Shown here piece by piece: positions 1-9,274 of a DNA stretch of 64,000 nt (its first letter is position 1; the number at the start of each line of letters is the position of its first letter). The translations under genes and the position numbers were made by a program. This DNA is from a virus (lineage: Duplodnaviria > Caudoviricetes): positions 9,240 to 73,239 of the IMG/VR virus record IMGVR_UViG_3300017700_000409. The stretch is one strand, 5' to 3'. Below the pieces are notes generated by a model, which saw nothing but the letters and a program-made list of their open reading frames with translations, was not told the origin of the DNA and searched no databases.

Positions 1-2
1 GC

Positions 3-752
3 GGGACGGTTGGAGTTGCTGCTAGCACCATCCTCCTTCCCTTCCTCGGGCCTCTCGCTCCTTTCGTTGGTGGGGCGATAGGAGCCGGGGTGGGGTGGGC
101 AGCGGGGCACACCGCCGATAAAACAGCCGCCTCCTATTCGGAACCGGGGCCCCCGGGGCCTCCCGGTAAGCAAGGGGCTCCTGGCGCACCCGGTAAGCCT
201 AGCTCTCCTGTGGCCCCGGGAGCCCTCCCGGAGAGGGTGTTTAGGACGATACAGACACTAGAAAGCGGGGGCCGGGATAACCTCCCGCCAACTCCAACCC
301 ACAACCCAAAGGACCCGTATGCGTACGGGAGGAACCAGATCACCTTGGAAACAGCCAGGGCCCGTGACAAAGACGTCACAATTGAGAAGTTGAAGGACCC
401 TGTATACAACGACAATATGGCAAAGCAGATACAAGCCGAGTACATAAAGAAATACGGGGACAACACAGACGCAATAGCAATCGCCTACCACAATGGCCCC
501 GGGGCGGCTGACCAGTTCGTTGCACAAGGCGGAAGTACAGCGAACATAAAAGACTTCGGAAGTCAGTCGCAAAAGTATCTTTCCGATGCGAGAGCTAAAT
601 TGTCTGGCGGAGCCCCGACAACGAATAACACCAGCACAGTTCATATCGGGTCTATGAATATTGCAACAAACGCTACGGATGCGAGAGGGGTTGCATCTGG
701 AATGCGTGATAATCTAAAGACTGTAATGGCAGCCCCAAATGGACAGAATTAA
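3..752 (+). CDS. Tape measure protein, C-terminal part (5'-truncated) with lytic transglycosylase (SLT-like) domain
   Basis: Frame is open from base 3. SLT-like motifs IQTLESGG, AYGRNQI and AIAYHNGPG; lies directly upstream of baseplate genes. Confidence 0.8.
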   Translation, partial: GTVGVAASTILLPFLGPLAPFVGGAIGAGVGWAAGHTADKTAASYSEPGPPGPPGKQGAPGAPGKPSSPVAPGALPERVFRTIQTLESGGRDNLPPTPTHNPKDPYAYGRNQITLETARARDKDVTIEKLKDPVYNDNMAKQIQAEYIKKYGDNTDAIAIAYHNGPGAADQFVAQGGSTANIKDFGSQSQKYLSDARAKLSGGAPTTNNTSTVHIGSMNIATNATDARGVASGMRDNLKTVMAAPNGQN

Positions 753-1709
753 ATGGCAAACCCTGATGGTGTCCCCGTCCTCCAAGACAATGATGTATTC
801 TTTGAGAATACTGAACCTGTTTTCGAGGACGGTTTTGATCTTCCTGATGTGTCCTCCTTCGTTCAATGGGGGATTTTTAACGGGGATGGGACACCAGTTA
901 TCGTAGGTGACTCTGTCCTTGCTTTTCAATATGCGCGTGATTCAAATATATCGATGTACCCGGTCGAGGACGGGGGTTTTGCTGCTTACAATAAAGTGCA
1001 GACCCCTTTTGGTGTCCGCTTCTCTTTCACTAAAGGCGGAACCGATAGCGAGCGAACTGATTTTTTGAATGACGTAAAGATTGCGCAAGACACCTTGGAG
1101 CTATTTCAAGGGATAACGTCTGATAAGTCATATTCAAATATCACAATCGATCACGTGGACTATCGGAAAACCTCCCGCCACGGTGTACAACTTCTTATCG
1201 TTGATGTGTGGTGTGTTGAAGTTAGGCAGGCTCCTCCTCTTCAATTCTCCAACTCCAATTCAACGGAAGCCGCCACAGACCCTGCTCCGATTGTTTCGGC
1301 TATTGAACCTCAGGCAAATAACTCAATCAATAACGGGACTGTTCAAGGTATCGCCCCGACGCCACAGCGAGCTTTGAATGAGCAGAGGTTCCTTATTGAC
1401 GCGCCTCTTCCTGGGAGCGTTGTTGTTACAGGCGGGGATCGAGGATCGCTTGTATCGCCTGCGACAATAACCGCGCCTTTGATTTCGCTTACCAACTCGG
1501 TTGGAAATATAGCGCCCCCTGCGATTGCGACTGCGGTGCGTAGTCAGATAACCTACGGGACTGTTAACAGCCCCGCCTCTGCCTTGGTTTCGGGGGTTCT
1601 TCGCGGGGCCCTTAATCAGACAATCGGGTATGTGACAAATAGCGGGTTGAGTGTTTCTGTTAACGTTGTTCAGCACATAATTCCCCCGGGCTTCACGGTG
1701 GTTCAATGA
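753..1709 (+). CDS. Baseplate/tail-tube initiator protein
   Basis: Position right after tape measure; N-terminal 170 aa has the YPVEDGGFAAYNKVQTP pattern of Bcep781/PB1-type baseplate proteins. Confidence 0.6.
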   Translation: MANPDGVPVLQDNDVFFENTEPVFEDGFDLPDVSSFVQWGIFNGDGTPVIVGDSVLAFQYARDSNISMYPVEDGGFAAYNKVQTPFGVRFSFTKGGTDSERTDFLNDVKIAQDTLELFQGITSDKSYSNITIDHVDYRKTSRHGVQLLIVDVWCVEVRQAPPLQFSNSNSTEAATDPAPIVSAIEPQANNSINNGTVQGIAPTPQRALNEQRFLIDAPLPGSVVVTGGDRGSLVSPATITAPLISLTNSVGNIAPPAIATAVRSQITYGTVNSPASALVSGVLRGALNQTIGYVTNSGLSVSVNVVQHIIPPGFTVVQ

Positions 1710-2026
1710 TACAAATTCCTCTTCAAGCCGTAGCGTCGCAGGTTCTTTCTATAGTCTTGGGTGGGCAAAATACTCAGCTGAATATTTATAGCAAATTTGG
1801 CACTCTCTATATGGATGTGTCGGTTAACAACTCTCCTATCATTCTTGGTGTTCAATGCCAGAATGGTAACCGCATCGTTCGTTCCGTCTATCTCGGGTTC
1901 CAAGGTGACTTGATATTTGTAGATACTCAAGGCTCCAGCAATCCGAACTTTGAAGGTTTGAATTCTCGTTTCCTTCTTCAGTATCTGACTGTTGATGATC
2001 TTGAGACGCTAGGGATTGAAACATAA
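1706..2026 (+). CDS. Baseplate plug-like protein
   Basis: 106 aa, MIQIPLQAVASQ...LYMDV...GDLIFVDTQG pattern; ATGA overlap with upstream gene; synteny. Confidence 0.6.
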   Translation: MIQIPLQAVASQVLSIVLGGQNTQLNIYSKFGTLYMDVSVNNSPIILGVQCQNGNRIVRSVYLGFQGDLIFVDTQGSSNPNFEGLNSRFLLQYLTVDDLETLGIET

Positions 2027-3009
2027 TGCCTTTCATCGAGCGGCAAATAACAGTAACGATCACCCTACAGTCAAGGCTTGGTTCCCCAACGAGAGGTATC
2101 GCAGCGAATGCGAACCCGACATTTGCAGGGACATCGAGCAACACAGTCAAGATAACCGGGGGTGGCGCTGCTGCACAAAATGGCTATCGGATTTCAGCCC
2201 GGGTAACTAGGGCGGGCAATCCGAGTTTTGGGGATGCTGATGTACAGATTTACAATCTCCCGGAGTCAATTGCTAAGCAGGTTTCAACTCTGGGCGTCCC
2301 GTTGGCTTATATGGTCGGAGCCAACAGCATAATAATTCAGGCAAATGATGTCGGCTCTCCTCCGACAACGATATTCTACGGAACGATAAACACTGCCTGG
2401 ATGGACTATCAAGCGTTGCCCGATAGCATCTTCAATATCTCAGCCCACTCTCTCGGGATATATGGCTCTGCCCCTGCTGCCCCTTTGAGCATACAAGGCG
2501 CAAGTCTTATCTCTTCGATCCTCGGAAATCTTGCGCCGCTTGTTGGATTGAAACTCATAAGCCTTTTTTCGAGTGGGGACACAGAGCCTAGTCTTTCAAA
2601 TCAGTATCTCCCCGGCTCTCTTCGTGATCAGATAAGGGCTGTGTGTCAAAAGGCGGGTATTGATTATACAATTGACGATGTAACAAGCTCACTAATCATA
2701 GCTCCAAAAAACAAAAGCCTTAATTTGACCGGGGCTCCCGTTCCGATTATCGGGCCTCCTCCTATTGGAAACATGGTTGGTTATCCGTCTTACACAGCAC
2801 AGGGCCTCCGGGTTAGAAGCGAGTTCACAACCGCGATAGGCTTCGGGAGTGATGTGATAATAAAAGGCAGCAGCCAGGATGTCGCAAACGGGACGTGGAA
2901 GGTTACATACCTTGACTATGATCTCGAATGCCAGGCAGAAAACGGACCTTGGTTTACTAATCTTGAACTTGCAGCCCCAGGCTACGCTGTAGCAGCACCA
3001 TCGAGGTAA
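2026..3009 (+). CDS. Baseplate hub protein (gp27/gpD-like)
   Basis: 327 aa; ADVQIYNL, TIFYGTI and GMVGYPSY-like motifs; synteny before spike. Confidence 0.65.
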   Translation: MPFIERQITVTITLQSRLGSPTRGIAANANPTFAGTSSNTVKITGGGAAAQNGYRISARVTRAGNPSFGDADVQIYNLPESIAKQVSTLGVPLAYMVGANSIIIQANDVGSPPTTIFYGTINTAWMDYQALPDSIFNISAHSLGIYGSAPAAPLSIQGASLISSILGNLAPLVGLKLISLFSSGDTEPSLSNQYLPGSLRDQIRAVCQKAGIDYTIDDVTSSLIIAPKNKSLNLTGAPVPIIGPPPIGNMVGYPSYTAQGLRVRSEFTTAIGFGSDVIIKGSSQDVANGTWKVTYLDYDLECQAENGPWFTNLELAAPGYAVAAPSR

Positions 3010-3012
3010 TAA

Positions 3013-3684
3013 ATGGCCGAAGGCAATCAGGCGTACGCAGGGCAAAGAGATTTCCCGTCCGCCAACTCGCAATACAATGTTATGGAGTTTGTATTCCGTG
3101 TCTTAGCTGGACAGATGGCGACCTGTACCCTGGTTAAAGTCATGGCGGTTTATCCTGGGGACGATCTAACCCCAGGGTCAATTGATGCGCTTCCCTTAGT
3201 TAATCAACAAGATGCTCTCGGCAACACGACGCCACACGCAACTATATATGGCCTTCCTTTCTCTCGGGTACAAGCCGGGGCAGCGGCTGTAATTGTAGAC
3301 CCTGCTGTTGGTGATATCGGCATCGCAGTTTTCGCGAGCCGGGATATTACATCAGTCAAGAACAATGTAAGAGATGATAAAGACCCGCAATCAAGTCCAG
3401 GTTCATTCCGGCAATTTGATTACTCGGATGGCTTGTATCTCTTCACGGCTCTTAGCAAGACCGAACCAACAGACTATGTCCAAATACTTCCAGATGGCGG
3501 AATAAACCTAAAGGACCGCTTCAACAATAGCATCGAGATGGCTAGCGGGGGAATAACTATCAACGGCATCTTCTTCCCGACTAGTGGAATAGAATTCAAC
3601 ATCAAGACGCACAAGCACACACAGCCTAACGATAGCCACGGCGACACGGAACAGCCGACAAACGCCCCAACAAATGGATCGTAA
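3013..3684 (+). CDS. Baseplate central spike (gp5/gpV/Gp138-like)
   Basis: PAVGDIGIAVFASRDI and RQFDYSDGLY motifs; C-terminal THKH metal-binding tip motif. Confidence 0.8.
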   Translation: MAEGNQAYAGQRDFPSANSQYNVMEFVFRVLAGQMATCTLVKVMAVYPGDDLTPGSIDALPLVNQQDALGNTTPHATIYGLPFSRVQAGAAAVIVDPAVGDIGIAVFASRDITSVKNNVRDDKDPQSSPGSFRQFDYSDGLYLFTALSKTEPTDYVQILPDGGINLKDRFNNSIEMASGGITINGIFFPTSGIEFNIKTHKHTQPNDSHGDTEQPTNAPTNGS

Positions 3685-4035
3685 ATGTCAACATCAATCC
3701 TTCTTAATCCCTCGACATGGGACCTTCTAATTGATGTTAATGGGAATATCGCTCTTGCTTCTGAGCCTTACTCCCTTGCTCAAGATGTCGCTTGCGCTTG
3801 TAAGCTTCAAAAAGGGGAACTTTATTATGACACAACGCAAGGTGTGCCTATCTGGTCAATCCTCGGGAAACTCCCGACGCTCCAATTTATAAAAAATTCT
3901 TATGTAGCCGCTGCGCTTACCGTTCCGACTATTAAAGCTGCAGTGTGTTACATCACCCGGATCGAGAACAGAGTTGTTGCCGGGCAAGTCCAAACTACAA
4001 ACCGAGATGGCAGAACAACATTAACAAGGTTTTAA
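3685..4035 (+). CDS. Baseplate wedge subunit (gp25-like)
   Basis: WDLLIDVNGNIA...LAQDVACA..L..GELYYDTTQGVP pattern; synteny between spike and baseplate J. Confidence 0.7.
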   Translation: MSTSILLNPSTWDLLIDVNGNIALASEPYSLAQDVACACKLQKGELYYDTTQGVPIWSILGKLPTLQFIKNSYVAAALTVPTIKAAVCYITRIENRVVAGQVQTTNRDGRTTLTRF

Positions 4036-4038
4036 ACC

Positions 4039-5703
4039 GTGGGCACCAATGTACCTTTACCTAATTTTGGTCCGCAGGGATTTCAGGCCCCGACAGATGC
4101 CCAGATACTAGCGGGCGTTCAAGCGGATATGAATGCCGCTTTTGGTGGTGGTTTAAATTTCTCCACATCAACAGGGTCGGCAGTAAATCCTACTCCTCAG
4201 GGGCAACTTGCGATTAGCCTGACTGCGATTATCTCTGCTGTGTATGCCGAGTTTGTGAATTTCACAAACCAGGTAAATCCGGCTTTTGCCGAAGGCCGGA
4301 TGCAAGATGCTATAGGCAACATTTATTTTATCCAAAGATATCCGGCGCAAGGAACCGTTGTTCAATGCATTTGCACCGGGGCGGAAGGAGTTACAATTCC
4401 AGGCGGATCGATTGGAACGCCTCCTGCTGTGATGGCGGTCGATGAATCTGGAAATCAATATCGCTGCTCCGAGGGTGGTGTAATTCCTGCAGGCGGCTCT
4501 CTTACTCTTCCTTTTGTTAACATTCTTCCCGGCCCTATACAGTGTCTCGCGGGGACGCTGAATGTTATTTACAGCACGATCCCGGGCTGGGATAGCATAA
4601 CCAACCCATCAGATGGGGTGGTTGGGAATGACGCTGAAAGCCGCGCTGCCTTTGAAACGCGACGTGTCGCAACAGTCGAAGGAAACAGCTTCGGCCCGGT
4701 TGGGGCGGTTATCGGTGCTGTTGCAAACGTTGATGGCGTCTTGGATTTTATCGGTTATAGCAACAACACCGCAGCGCCAGTGAACTATCTCGGGGTCATG
4801 GTCCCGGCCAACTCGATGTTCATATGTGTAGCCGGGGGAAGTGAAGCCGATATCGGAGCGGCTATCTTTAGCAAGCTCAACCCTGGCCCGCCGATGTTTG
4901 GAAATACAACGGTTACTGTTTATGACGACAATCCGTTGTATACCGCGCCAATCCCGTATGAGGTGACGTTTGAAGTTCCGGAAGAACTCGCAATCATATT
5001 CTCGGTCGTTATCCACAATGGCCCGACCGTTCCTTCAGATGCAGTTGCATTGATACAAAACGCCATCGTCAATGCCTTTAATGGAGTTGACGGTGGGCCT
5101 CGCGCGCGGATTGGGTCGCTTCTCTTCGCGAGCCGCTATTACTCGGCTGTTGCTGTCCTCGGGTCTTGGGCTCAAATTGTTAGCCTAAAGATTGGGTCAA
5201 ACAACTCCCCGGGCGCAGTGTTCTCTGGAACTATCGCAGGTACAGTCCTAACCGTTGATAATCTAGTCTCCGGGTCTATTGCTATAGGTCAAATTCTATC
5301 TGACCCGTTGGGCCGTGTAGCGGCTGGAACCCGGATAACAGGCGGGGCGAGTATGACCTGGTCTGTTGACAAGACGCAAACGGTAGAGGGCGCGAGCTTC
5401 ACTGGTGATGTAGGCTCTCCTACAACCCGGCTTATCGTTACAGCTGTAACCGGGACGATCAACATAGGAGATACTGTTGCGGGAACCGGGATCACAGCAG
5501 GCACAACGATCCTATCACAAGTAAGCGGGACCCCGGGGGCAGCAGGAACGTATGAACTTAGCGCGACAAACACCGCATCAAGCTCATCGTTAACCACCTC
5601 CGATACTTTTACGGCCTCGACCGCGAGCCTCAATGACCTACAGGTTCAAGCGGACCAAGTCCCTGTTACATCAGCCCCTCTTATCTATGTTACAACTGGG
5701 TGA
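4039..5703 (+). CDS. Baseplate J/gp47-like protein with C-terminal Gly/Thr-rich repeat domains
   Basis: NPAFAEGRMQDAIG and GNDAESRAAFETRR baseplate-J motifs; 554 aa. Confidence 0.85.
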   Translation: MGTNVPLPNFGPQGFQAPTDAQILAGVQADMNAAFGGGLNFSTSTGSAVNPTPQGQLAISLTAIISAVYAEFVNFTNQVNPAFAEGRMQDAIGNIYFIQRYPAQGTVVQCICTGAEGVTIPGGSIGTPPAVMAVDESGNQYRCSEGGVIPAGGSLTLPFVNILPGPIQCLAGTLNVIYSTIPGWDSITNPSDGVVGNDAESRAAFETRRVATVEGNSFGPVGAVIGAVANVDGVLDFIGYSNNTAAPVNYLGVMVPANSMFICVAGGSEADIGAAIFSKLNPGPPMFGNTTVTVYDDNPLYTAPIPYEVTFEVPEELAIIFSVVIHNGPTVPSDAVALIQNAIVNAFNGVDGGPRARIGSLLFASRYYSAVAVLGSWAQIVSLKIGSNNSPGAVFSGTIAGTVLTVDNLVSGSIAIGQILSDPLGRVAAGTRITGGASMTWSVDKTQTVEGASFTGDVGSPTTRLIVTAVTGTINIGDTVAGTGITAGTTILSQVSGTPGAAGTYELSATNTASSSSLTTSDTFTASTASLNDLQVQADQVPVTSAPLIYVTTG

Positions 5704-5706
5704 TAT

Positions 5707-6393
5707 ATGTCGGAAGATGAAATCAGCTTTTATCCTTCGATTGATGTATCAAGTGCATTCGGGGAGTTTATATTTGGTGTAAGCCCGTTTGGAACTGTTC
5801 CGATCCTTAATTGGAGAGATACGGTTGTTACGCAATATGCGAATAGCCCAATTCTTCTTCACCTTATTGAAAGCTGGTTCCAAAGCATAGATCAAGAGCA
5901 AGATATTGATTCATTCTTTGATCTAATCTGGAATGTGATGACCGCCCAAGGTTACGGGCTAGATATCTGGGGCACGATTGTCGGAGTTGATAGGAACCTT
6001 GAGGTTGCCGATCCAGAAGAGGCGTTTGGGTTTAGTCAGGGTGAAACTTGGGATACATTCGGTCCTGCCGGAACTGCCCCGTTCTATACAGGGGCCTCCT
6101 TGACTAATATCTTCACTCTAACAGACACCGCCTATCGCCAATTGATATTGGCGAAGGCGCTTGCAAATATATGTGATGGATCGATACCGTCAATAAATGC
6201 AATTCTCCTGGCCCTTTTTGGACCATCTAATCCGTTTGGGCCAGGAGGTAATTGCTATGTTACAAATGGGCAAGATATGACTATGACGTTCACTTTTGAG
6301 TTCACTCTGAATCCAGTTCAGAATTCTATCATCTACAACGCAGATGTGCTCCCCGTTCCAAGCGGCGTAGTAATATCAATTGTTGTCCCATAG
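5707..6393 (+). CDS. Baseplate wedge protein (DUF2612-like)
   Basis: VVTQYANSP, TAQGYGLDIWGTIVG, LTDTAYRQLILAKALANI and LPVPSGV motifs. Confidence 0.8.
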   Translation: MSEDEISFYPSIDVSSAFGEFIFGVSPFGTVPILNWRDTVVTQYANSPILLHLIESWFQSIDQEQDIDSFFDLIWNVMTAQGYGLDIWGTIVGVDRNLEVADPEEAFGFSQGETWDTFGPAGTAPFYTGASLTNIFTLTDTAYRQLILAKALANICDGSIPSINAILLALFGPSNPFGPGGNCYVTNGQDMTMTFTFEFTLNPVQNSIIYNADVLPVPSGVVISIVVP

Positions 6394-6404
6394 GAGCATT
6401 ACAA

Positions 6405-7241
6405 ATGCAACTTTCAAATTTGCCGCTGAAGTTTCTTAAAAGGTTTGGCGAAAGCGCAAACCCGGTAAACATTCGGCCCATCCCGGTAACAACAGCCGAT
6501 CCAACAGCAGCCTCACAAACGACTGGTTGGCCCGCCAACGCCTTCGTTCCCTCGGGGGCCGGGGGTATTCCCCCTGATGGCCGGGATATGAATGGCCTGG
6601 ACAATCAGCTTTCATCTTGGGCGCAATGGCAATCGGCTGGTGGATATGTCCCTTATGATTCTGTATTCCAGATTGCTATTGGGGGCTATCCAATATGGTC
6701 TGTTGTTGGATCGGTAACAAACCCTGGATCATATTGGCAGTCGACTGCTGAAAATAATCTAACCAACCCAGATACCGGGGGAGCCGGGTGGCAGGCTTGG
6801 CCTGCCGCTGCGGCTATCCCTTGGAGTTCTCCCGGAGCTATCGGGAACGTCGCACCTAACTCGGGTACATTTACGTCTCTGTATTCTGCGGCGGGTTTAA
6901 CGGCAAACGGGCCTGTTAATGCAACTGACCTTAGAATAGGCGGAGTTGGGTTCACTCAGTTCTTTGGTGTTCCTTCAAGTTACGCAAAGCTTCCGAGTGG
7001 TATGATCATCCAATGCGGCCGCTTCTTTTCCGCAACGGGCAATGGTGATGTTACTGCATTCCCTGCAACCTTCCCTAACACTTGCGCAATGGCGATGGTC
7101 GCCGGAACTGATAGCAGTAGCAATCGTCATGAAGTGAACGTTAAACTCGATGCCGGCTTTGGCTTCTTCACAACGTGGACTTGGCGTAATGGCTCTATCT
7201 CTTCGGCGGTTCCTGTTGGTTGGATAGCGATAGGGAATTAA
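6405..7241 (+). CDS. Tail fibre protein
   Basis: GGIPPDGRDMNG baseplate anchor; C-terminal YAKLPSGMIIQCG...FPATFPN...WIAIG fibre domain. Confidence 0.8.
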   Translation: MQLSNLPLKFLKRFGESANPVNIRPIPVTTADPTAASQTTGWPANAFVPSGAGGIPPDGRDMNGLDNQLSSWAQWQSAGGYVPYDSVFQIAIGGYPIWSVVGSVTNPGSYWQSTAENNLTNPDTGGAGWQAWPAAAAIPWSSPGAIGNVAPNSGTFTSLYSAAGLTANGPVNATDLRIGGVGFTQFFGVPSSYAKLPSGMIIQCGRFFSATGNGDVTAFPATFPNTCAMAMVAGTDSSSNRHEVNVKLDAGFGFFTTWTWRNGSISSAVPVGWIAIGN

Positions 7242-7245
7242 AAAT

Positions 7246-7893
7246 ATGAAATTCTTCAAAAGAAATAAAGCAAAGTCAGAACAACCCGCAGAAGTCGCGG
7301 AAGGTGAAAAGCCTCCTGAAGTAAAATTCTCGACCGCGAAAGAACCTCTTAAGCGTTATGTGAAGACAGATGGCGCTGGTGTGATTGTTGGGTTTTATTC
7401 GAGCGACATAAATCCAGTGATCCCTCCTGAGGCTGTTCCGATTAAGGAAGAGGATTATCAGCGCATCCATAGCGAAGGTGGAACGAAATATAGGTTTCTC
7501 AAAGGCAAGCTTATATTTGTTGACACCCCTTCAACTCGGGATCATCACGCGCGTAACGCAATTCATTCCGGTTTAACAATAACCATAGCGGGTGTCCTCA
7601 AAAAAGTAACCTTCTCGGCAGACCGCACGACTGTTCGGAGACTGGTAAATGTTATGTGTCTCCTAACGAACAAAGGAAAGTTCCCCGGAAGCGCTGAAAA
7701 ATACCCAATCAAAGACGCAAAGGACGGATGGCACGTTCTTACAATGGAACAATATAAGGCGGTAGCTCTAGCGATCATCTCTTATGCCGAGGGCTGTGAG
7801 ATAGTTGCTGATGGATGCACGCTACACGATGACGATGGGGACCCGACAAATGGCGCGGGTCTTCCAGCCTCTGATATAACTATCAAGATATGA
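7246..7893 (+). CDS. Tail fibre assembly/chaperone protein
   Basis: Follows tail fibre; IVGFYSSDIN..IPPEAVPI motif typical of fibre chaperones. Confidence 0.6.
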   Translation: MKFFKRNKAKSEQPAEVAEGEKPPEVKFSTAKEPLKRYVKTDGAGVIVGFYSSDINPVIPPEAVPIKEEDYQRIHSEGGTKYRFLKGKLIFVDTPSTRDHHARNAIHSGLTITIAGVLKKVTFSADRTTVRRLVNVMCLLTNKGKFPGSAEKYPIKDAKDGWHVLTMEQYKAVALAIISYAEGCEIVADGCTLHDDDGDPTNGAGLPASDITIKI

Positions 7894-7903
7894 GGATTGA
7901 AAC

Positions 7904-9259
7904 ATGAAACAAATGTTCAAGAAGCTTTTTCTTTTAGCTGTCCTGACGATCTTCCCTGCCATAGAAGCACAAGCCCTTACTGCTGGGTGCTCTGCTCCGC
8001 CCCCCTCTTATGGGGTGGTGTGGTCTCCAAGCCAGTGGGTTACTTGCCTTTCATCTTTTCAAGCTAACCTTGGATATGTTCCGCTAAATTCAGCGGGCGG
8101 CTCGATGAGCGGGGAGCTATTTGTTGCCCCGTCAATTACCTCTAACGCTCCTCTGAATTTCCCATTGGGAGTTGCGCCTACATCTCCAACGAATGGAGAC
8201 TTGTGGTTCACCTCCTCGGGCCTCTTCTATCGGGCGGGTGGAGTTTCGGTTGGGCCTCTTGCTGGAACCACCAGCCAGACCTTCATCAACCCGACCTTCA
8301 CAGGAACCGCGACGTTCCCTGATGGAACCACCTGGACGTCAGCTGTAATTACTCCGGGAACGGCACCTTGGGCGTCTCTTACATCTACAGGCACAACGAT
8401 ACTTGGCGGGGCTTCAGCGGCTGAAGGCCTTCGTGTATATCCTATCGCAAGTGCGGTAAATCGATGGTCAATGAGCGGCAATACAACGGGAAATTCCCCC
8501 GTTCTTATTGCCGATGGAAGCAACACAGATATCTCGGGCACCTACTATACGAAGGGAACGGGCGGTCATTCTTTCTATACAGGCGCGGCGGGTGGAGGGT
8601 CTACGAGCGGAGGTGTCTTACAGGTTGCGATCCTCAACACCTCATCCGCTTCCCGATATGTTACGATTACAGGAAGTAACGGGGGAACCCCTGCGATAAA
8701 CACTTCCGCTGGCGCATTACAGCTTGGGTCAGCTGCTTCTGCTGGTCTTAATGTAACTGGGGGAACGAACCAACTAACAATAACCGGGGGAACCGCTCCG
8801 GCGATAAACACCAGCGCTGGTAATTTAGCGATAGGAAGCGCAGGGGCAACAACATCGCTTTCTGATGCTGCCGTTCAGCTTTCTAATGCCGGCTATCACA
8901 GTTGTGATAGTTTAGGAACGAGTGGCGCCGGGACTATAACTTGTGGTGGCGCGCCATCTGGATATATCACATATAACGATGATATAACAACCAATACAGC
9001 CGCAGCCACAGGCAATCTCTATTGTATGAATACTGCCTCGGGGGCGTTGACACTAACTCTCCCTGCCTCCCCAAGCAATGGAGCTTATGTTGCTTTCTCG
9101 GATTGTGGCGGAAACTTTGGAGCTAACGCCTTGACGATTGCTAGGAATGGCAGCAATATTATGTATTCGGCGGGTAACATGACGGTATCAACCCCCTACG
9201 CAGGCGGGGTTCTCCGGTACTCGAATGGACGCACAAGCTGGATACTTAGCCCGCTCTAA
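7904..9259 (+). CDS. Tail-fibre/receptor-binding-like protein with N-terminal signal-peptide-like sequence
   Basis: Gly/Thr/Ser-rich; APTSPTNGDLW and TLTLPASPSNG..LTIARNGSNI fibre-type motifs; N-terminus MKQMFKKLFLLAVLTIFPAIEAQA. Confidence 0.6.
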   Translation: MKQMFKKLFLLAVLTIFPAIEAQALTAGCSAPPPSYGVVWSPSQWVTCLSSFQANLGYVPLNSAGGSMSGELFVAPSITSNAPLNFPLGVAPTSPTNGDLWFTSSGLFYRAGGVSVGPLAGTTSQTFINPTFTGTATFPDGTTWTSAVITPGTAPWASLTSTGTTILGGASAAEGLRVYPIASAVNRWSMSGNTTGNSPVLIADGSNTDISGTYYTKGTGGHSFYTGAAGGGSTSGGVLQVAILNTSSASRYVTITGSNGGTPAINTSAGALQLGSAASAGLNVTGGTNQLTITGGTAPAINTSAGNLAIGSAGATTSLSDAAVQLSNAGYHSCDSLGTSGAGTITCGGAPSGYITYNDDITTNTAAATGNLYCMNTASGALTLTLPASPSNGAYVAFSDCGGNFGANALTIARNGSNIMYSAGNMTVSTPYAGGVLRYSNGRTSWILSPL

Positions 9260-9274
9260 AAAGGACACGGACAA

